A stretch of DNA of 45,727 bases from a virus. The notes under the pieces are model-generated. The model searched no databases. It saw only the letters and a program-made list of their open reading frames with translations, and was not told where the DNA came from. The position numbers were made by a program, and so were the translations under genes. Location of the stretch: positions 1 through 45,727 of the IMG/VR virus record IMGVR_UViG_3300045988_065855. One strand, written 5' to 3'. Shown here in pieces: positions 41,629 to 45,727 of the stretch (positions are counted from its first letter, which is position 1; each line of letters begins with the position of its first letter).

Positions 41629-43125
41629 TCAAAACGGGTTGCCCCATTTAGACAATAGATACTCCTGTCCGCTCTTGTCGGCGTTGTAGTAATCCTCGTA
41701 CATATCATCCGTCCACTTCGCCCGCTTGCCTCGTGGCTTGTCCTCGGTGTAGCTCTGCTGTGTGCGTGCATAGTAGGCGATAGCCAGCGCCATAACGCAG
41801 TCATCGTGTGCGCCCTGTTCCGCCTCTGCTCTGCCCTTCTCGTTGCGGACAAACGTCAGCATTTCGCCGAGCGTGTCCGCATCGTTCAGCAGCTCCACAC
41901 TCTCGCGTACCACCTCAACCAGTCCGGCAATAATAACCGGACGGGTGACGCTTGTGGTTTTGAAGCCGTAGCTGTCGCGGGGTCTGTGGGTGTAGTTGTC
42001 CTCGGTCTGCCGGACATACTGCCGCGGATACCGCAGCCGTTGCAGCTCCTTGATGGGGTAGCTGCTGTAATTCGCCTCTATCGCAATCAGTGCGGTATTG
42101 TAGTAGATACCGAGGCAATACATCTGTGCGGCGTAAACGTCCTCGTCGAACTGATGCCGCAGCGTGCAGACCTGCCGCCCGTTGGTGTTGTCGAGCACCT
42201 GCCCAACAAACCAGTCCGAGCCTTCGCCGGACGTATCCCCGCCGATCACATACGGCACGCCCTCGCGCCTGTCCTGATAGATGGATATATAGCCGTCGTC
42301 AGCGTCCACCCACTTAATGCTCTTGTCGTCTATCCTGACTTGATTCGCCAGTGCATCAAACGTTGTGGAGTACACAAAGTAACCGCGCCGCTCTGCCGGT
42401 GGAAGCTCTGATAGCCTGCCGTTGACCTTGGCAGCGTCGAAGATCGTCTTACCGATAACGCCCCACTGCCCCAGACAATACACTTGATAGTAATACGGGT
42501 CGCTATCCTTGTACCCCTCAAGCGTGCGCTTGTAGTCCTCATCAAGCCATGCGTTATCCTTGTATGTGGTCTTGAGCGTCACCGCCCGCTCATCCTTGCG
42601 ATCAAAGAACCGCTTTTTAAGCCAGTGCAGCACGTTGATCGGGTTGAACGAAAGCGTTATCTGTCCGTGTATCCGCTTGCCTCGCAGACGGATATCAAGC
42701 TGATTAAAGTCGGCTTCCGAAATCTCGCTTGCCTCCTCTATCCAGATGTCGGTCAGCTCGCCATTCGGGAAGGTAACAGATTTGATCTTCTCCGAGTCAT
42801 CGAGCCCCTTAAAAATGCAGGCGTTTCCGGTCAGCCGGCACACAATCTTGAGGTCAGTAACATCGAACAGGCTTTGCAAGCCCCAGCTGTTAATTACCTG
42901 CTGCATCAGCGCAAACGTACTCGTTCGGTTGGTATCGCCTACATTGCGCACTACAAGCACATTGCAAAGCGGCTTGCTCATCATGCGCACGGTCAGCCGT
43001 TGCGCAGTGAACACGCTCTTGCCGCTGCCCGCGCCGCCGAACAGCACAATATAACGGTGCTCATCATCCGAAAGGAGCGGCAGGTAAGCCGCATTGAATG
43101 CCCGCTTGGGAATGTTTACTTGCAC
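41629..43125 (-). CDS. terL: Terminase large subunit (498 aa from GTG 43125)
   Basis: Walker A VLFGGAGSGKS. PBSX/terminase_6-like pattern. GTG preceded by SD GGGAGGTG (the track start at 43149 is TTG). Confidence 0.9.
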   Translation of the reverse strand: MQVNIPKRAFNAAYLPLLSDDEHRYIVLFGGAGSGKSVFTAQRLTVRMMSKPLCNVLVVRNVGDTNRTSTFALMQQVINSWGLQSLFDVTDLKIVCRLTGNACIFKGLDDSEKIKSVTFPNGELTDIWIEEASEISEADFNQLDIRLRGKRIHGQITLSFNPINVLHWLKKRFFDRKDERAVTLKTTYKDNAWLDEDYKRTLEGYKDSDPYYYQVYCLGQWGVIGKTIFDAAKVNGRLSELPPAERRGYFVYSTTFDALANQVRIDDKSIKWVDADDGYISIYQDRREGVPYVIGGDTSGEGSDWFVGQVLDNTNGRQVCTLRHQFDEDVYAAQMYCLGIYYNTALIAIEANYSSYPIKELQRLRYPRQYVRQTEDNYTHRPRDSYGFKTTSVTRPVIIAGLVEVVRESVELLNDADTLGEMLTFVRNEKGRAEAEQGAHDDCVMALAIAYYARTQQSYTEDKPRGKRAKWTDDMYEDYYNADKSGQEYLLSKWGNPF

Positions 43126-43242
43126 CTGCTCACCTCCCGAATTGAACAAAAGTTACGTTTTGCATAATTCGCGCCGCTTTCCGTCCCGTTCCGAAGTATA
43201 AACCCCGGAAAAATTGGCATCCATCCGCGCGAAAACGCCCAA

Positions 43243-43274
43243 TTTTGCAAGACATGAAAACCGAACTTGCAAAA
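43243..43274. repeat. Perfect 9-bp inverted repeat TTTTGCAAG / CTTGCAAAA in the terS-terL spacer
   Basis: Arms at 43243-43251 and 43266-43274 with a 14-nt spacer. Confidence 0.8.
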
Positions 43275-43280
43275 CAGGGT

Positions 43281-43319
43281 AAAAAAATAAGCCTGCACCG
43301 CCCGAAAGCGGCTGCAAGC
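43281..43319 (-). terminator. Terminator-like hairpin with a T7 run between terS and terL
   Basis: Imperfect GC-rich stem (43291-43319) followed on the - strand by TTATTTTTTT. Begins 3 nt after the terS stop. Confidence 0.5.
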
Positions 43320-43321
43320 CG

Positions 43322-43702
43322 TCACTCTGTATCTTTCATTTCGTCATCATCCAGCAGCTTTACCGTGATCGTCTGCGCTCCTACGATTTCCCGACGCTCG
43401 ATAAATGCGCCGATACTCCGTGCGCGCAGCTCAGAGGCTTTCAGGCGGTCTTTTATGTCTGCCTTATCATTACGCATGGTATCCGTCCAAAATGCGTTAA
43501 TCTCCGCCATATCCGCCACACGGGCACAATCTAACAGCTCATCCCGCTCTGATACGTATTTGCTTAGTTTTGCTAAGTTTTGCGCGCCTATCGTGTGGTG
43601 ATTATTTCCCTTGTACCCGGCAAGCCGTGCCGCCTCTGTGGCTGTCTTGCCTTGCTTGTAGTAATCAATCCATGCCCGCTGTTTTGCGGTCAGCTTTTCC
43701 AT
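43322..43702 (-). CDS. terS: Terminase small subunit (126 aa)
   Basis: N-terminal HTH LTAKQRAWIDYYKQGKTATEAARLAGY is typical of P27/Terminase_2-type small subunits. Upstream of terL. Confidence 0.8.
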   Translation of the reverse strand: MEKLTAKQRAWIDYYKQGKTATEAARLAGYKGNNHHTIGAQNLAKLSKYVSERDELLDCARVADMAEINAFWTDTMRNDKADIKDRLKASELRARSIGAFIERREIVGAQTITVKLLDDDEMKDTE

Positions 43703-43731
43703 ACTCTCGCCCCCTTTTACTATATAGACAC

Positions 43732-43765
43732 AAAAAAGCCGCCCCGGTTGATTGGAGCGGCTTTT
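43732..43765 (-). terminator. Intrinsic terminator after the RHH gene, upstream of terS
   Basis: AAAAGCCGC / GCGGCTTTT 9-bp stem. The - strand shows T6 after the stem. Confidence 0.6.
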
Positions 43766-43780
43766 GTCTGCCTACATTGT

Positions 43781-43963
43781 TTACTTGTCCATGTCTGCCG
43801 TTATCAGCTTATATACATAGCTGTTCAGGCTTTCGCCCTTGCTGGCTGCATACTCCTTAATGCGTTCGCGTTCTCCCTTGGGTACTACGATATTAAGTCG
43901 ATCGTATGCTTTCGCGTTATACTTATTACTCGCCCGTGTTCGTGCGTTTGGGTCAACTGCCAT
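43781..43963 (-). CDS. Ribbon-helix-helix (Arc/CopG-like) DNA-binding protein (60 aa)
   Basis: YNAKAYDRLNIVVPKGERERIKEYAASKGESLNSYVYKLI matches the RHH beta-alpha-alpha pattern. SD GGGAGGTG. Confidence 0.7.
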   Translation of the reverse strand: MAVDPNARTRASNKYNAKAYDRLNIVVPKGERERIKEYAASKGESLNSYVYKLITADMDK

Positions 43964-43998
43964 GGTATCACCTCCCTGTTATAGTGTACCACAGCCGC

Positions 43999-44089
43999 TA
44001 TCATTGCTCAATTATACAATTCCACCAAATATCATTACTCAATTATGTTCACTTTGCCTATTGTTTATCATTGCTCAATGATATATACT
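43999..44089. promoter_or_regulatory. Three 17-bp palindromic operators plus a promoter for the +-strand accessory cluster
   Basis: TATCATT(G/A)CTCAAT(T/G)AT at 43999, 44030 and 44066. The third (ATCATTG-ct-CAATGAT) fills the 17-nt spacer between TTGTTT (44061-66) and TATACT (44084-89). Confidence 0.65.
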
Positions 44090-44137
44090 GTAATCACAAC
44101 AAAGGAAAACACAAAAAACAATTTGGAGGTACACACC

Positions 44138-44335
44138 AGGACTGACATTCTCACTACTCTCGACAACCGCTTCTGCGGTAAGTACACTAACTGCATCGGC
44201 TGCCCGCTCTATGACGCCTGCTGCCTCTGCAGATGCATTCCGGCCGACGCTTGGAGGAAGCCGGACGAAGAGATCGAACAGCTCTTCCGGAAAGGTCTCA
44301 CGGAAGCCCTCGCCGCTTACGACGCACAGCACTAA
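44138..44335 (+). CDS. Cys-rich small protein (~65 aa) with an uncertain start (AGG where ATG is expected)
   Basis: SD GGAGGT plus a spacer identical to the next gene, but the codon at 44138 is AGG. The in-frame ATGs at 44045 and 44078 lie inside the promoter/operator. CxxC-rich: CGKYTNCIGCPLYDACCLCRC. Confidence 0.4.
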   Translation, partial: RTDILTTLDNRFCGKYTNCIGCPLYDACCLCRCIPADAWRKPDEEIEQLFRKGLTEALAAYDAQH

Positions 44336-44398
44336 CGGTTCTCGCGGGTTCACCCTTAAAGCCCGCACCCATAAATTTTTTATTTGGAGGTACACACC

Positions 44399-44947
44399 AT
44401 GAACACCATCAAGCACACCGAGTACATCTACAACGGCCGCCGCGTTATCCTCGACACTAGCGAACTCGCGCCGGGCAAATACGAGACTATGCTCCTGTAC
44501 CCCACCAACGGCCACGAGATTGCCTGCCGCACGGCACACACCGAGGCGGACGCAATCGCAGACTTTGACGAGCTGCTGACCGCCTACCCGGCAGACACCA
44601 AGCCCGCAGCACCCAAGCCGCTTACCGGCAAGTACGCAAAGCTCCGCGACGACCTGCGCAAGGTGTACGAGATCGGCAAAGCCGCAGCCGCACAAGTTGA
44701 TGACGGCGGCACCTGTAATTTAGATGCGCCCTCTCTCCTGCTCCCGCGCTGGCAGTCCGCCAAGATCGAGCAGGCTTGCAAGGAGGCCGGATGCGGCTGC
44801 TTTGAGTGGACGTGCTTTAACCGGCGTTGGGTTATCTGCTTTCACATTCCCGGTCAGGCGTACAAGCGCGAGACCGCAGCCGAGGCAATGACCAAGGCGC
44901 TTGCTGATATGGGCTATGATGCCCTTACCTACTGCGCTATTGACTAA
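44399..44947 (+). CDS. Hypothetical protein (182 aa)
   Basis: ATG 44399, 8 nt after SD GGAGGT (the track start at 44384 is TTG inside the SD). Protein-like composition. No family recognised. Confidence 0.75.
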   Translation: MNTIKHTEYIYNGRRVILDTSELAPGKYETMLLYPTNGHEIACRTAHTEADAIADFDELLTAYPADTKPAAPKPLTGKYAKLRDDLRKVYEIGKAAAAQVDDGGTCNLDAPSLLLPRWQSAKIEQACKEAGCGCFEWTCFNRRWVICFHIPGQAYKRETAAEAMTKALADMGYDALTYCAID

Positions 44948-45170
44948 CCAGCTTAACCACGCCCCGCCCCGGAGGTCACGAGGGCATTTCCTCCCGCCCG
45001 GCTCATGCACCCGCAGCGTGAGATATGCAACTTGACCAAAAAAATTTTGCCGCTCCTTTGATGGTAGCCCTCTTGACAACGTGCCGTTTTGACGGCACAA
45101 TAGAGACAGCAAAGCAAATAGACAAGGGCGTTGACTTGTCCGCCCATGATATAACCTAAGGAGGTATAAT

Positions 45171-45563
45171 ATGTACACAAGCAGAGAAGGACGCAAAACG
45201 CAAGACCTCCTTGCCGTCGCCCTCGAATCCTCGAACCCCGGATGCGACATCAGCATCAGCCAGTTTGACGGCCGCTATTACTGCGTCGTCACCTCTCCCG
45301 CCGGCGAGCGTGCCGAGTTTGAGGTGCTGGTGCAGGATGTCGAGCTTTTCCCGGACGATCTCCCGCAGTCCCCCGTTTTCGAGGCGCAGCGCCTCTTCCG
45401 GTCCACCGGCTACCGGACCGATACGCTGGTATACAGTCCGAGCGACGGCGCATATGCTACAGATGTCCTCGACAGCGATGGCGAGATTATCGGCTTTCTG
45501 CTTGCACCCAACGGCGCGAGCGGCGTGCAAGACCTCAAGATCATGGTAGACGAGGAGGGTTAA
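45171..45563 (+). CDS. Hypothetical acidic protein (130 aa)
   Basis: ATG with SD TAAGGAGGT. Confidence 0.75.
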   Translation: MYTSREGRKTQDLLAVALESSNPGCDISISQFDGRYYCVVTSPAGERAEFEVLVQDVELFPDDLPQSPVFEAQRLFRSTGYRTDTLVYSPSDGAYATDVLDSDGEIIGFLLAPNGASGVQDLKIMVDEEG

Positions 45564-45578
45564 CATGCCAACCACAGC

Positions 45579-45727
45579 ATGACCCTCGACGAAGCCCTCG
45601 ACCTCGTAGGTGCAGAGCCCCTCGAAGTCGAAAACTCGTGTGACCCGGATTACATCCTTAACGGCGTTGAACTCCGGTACGACGATCTCGACCTCGTACC
45701 GGATAATTACGGCGAGGAAAGCGAATC
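45579..45727 (+). CDS. Small hypothetical protein (51 aa) spanning the circular junction; continues to the stop at 104..106
   Basis: ATG 45579 overlaps the TGA of a 5-codon mini-ORF (45565..45582, SD GAGGAGGG upstream). The frame is continuous through the repeat to TAA 104-106. Product: MTLDEALDLVGAEPLEVENSCDPDYILNGVELRYDDLDLVPDNYGEESESV. Confidence 0.45.
   Translation, partial: MTLDEALDLVGAEPLEVENSCDPDYILNGVELRYDDLDLVPDNYGEESE
45629..45727 (+). repeat. Terminal direct repeat, copy 2 (identical to 1..99)
   Basis: Same 99-nt string as the window start. It lies inside a small ORF, consistent with an assembly overlap of a circular molecule. Confidence 0.95.

Larger units (their letters stand above)
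1..45727. mobile_element. Complete temperate phage genome (circular assembly, unit length 45,628 bp), podovirus-like structural module
   Basis: Terminase, portal, scaffold, capsid, lysis, integrase+attP, cI/cro switch and recombination/replication genes are all present. The two ends are identical over 99 nt. Confidence 0.85.

Overview
The window is a complete, circularly assembled temperate phage genome. Its first 99 nt equal its last 99 nt, so the unique length is 45,628 bp. It is GC-rich with AGGAGG-type ribosome-binding sites and Firmicutes/Clostridia-type gene content. Most genes are on the - strand. Reading along that strand: (1) terS, terL, portal, scaffold, capsid, adaptor, a 628-aa tail protein and a collagen-like fibre (43.7->32.6 kb). 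(2) A lysis cassette (32.2->30.6 kb). (3) An unusual 11-kb post-lysis operon of composition-biased and Cys-rich proteins, ending in a 2203-aa protein with a C-terminal M23 peptidase (30.6->19.4 kb). (4) attP, which is a tRNA-Pro 3' fragment flanked by arm repeats, plus a tyrosine integrase. (5) A lysogeny module with a cI/cro-type switch, an antirepressor and a secreted moron (14.6-19 kb). (6) A repeat-dense ori-like region (13.4-14.6 kb). (7) Early recombination, replication and anti-restriction genes (13.4->2.4 kb). (8) A 0.9-kb ORF-free, hairpin-dense interval (1.57-2.44 kb). (9) An oppositely oriented, operator-controlled cluster of small unknown genes that crosses the circular junction (44.0 kb -> 1.5 kb). 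No tail tube, sheath or tape-measure chaperone genes are recognisable, so the virion looks podovirus-like. The best leads are two arrays of phased TGC/GCA triplets with about 5-nt period flanking ori-like iterons, the post-lysis operon with the giant M23 protein, the ORF-free interval bracketed by terminators (candidate large ncRNA), and the operator-controlled accessory cluster. All protein family calls rest on motif recognition by eye. No database search was possible.
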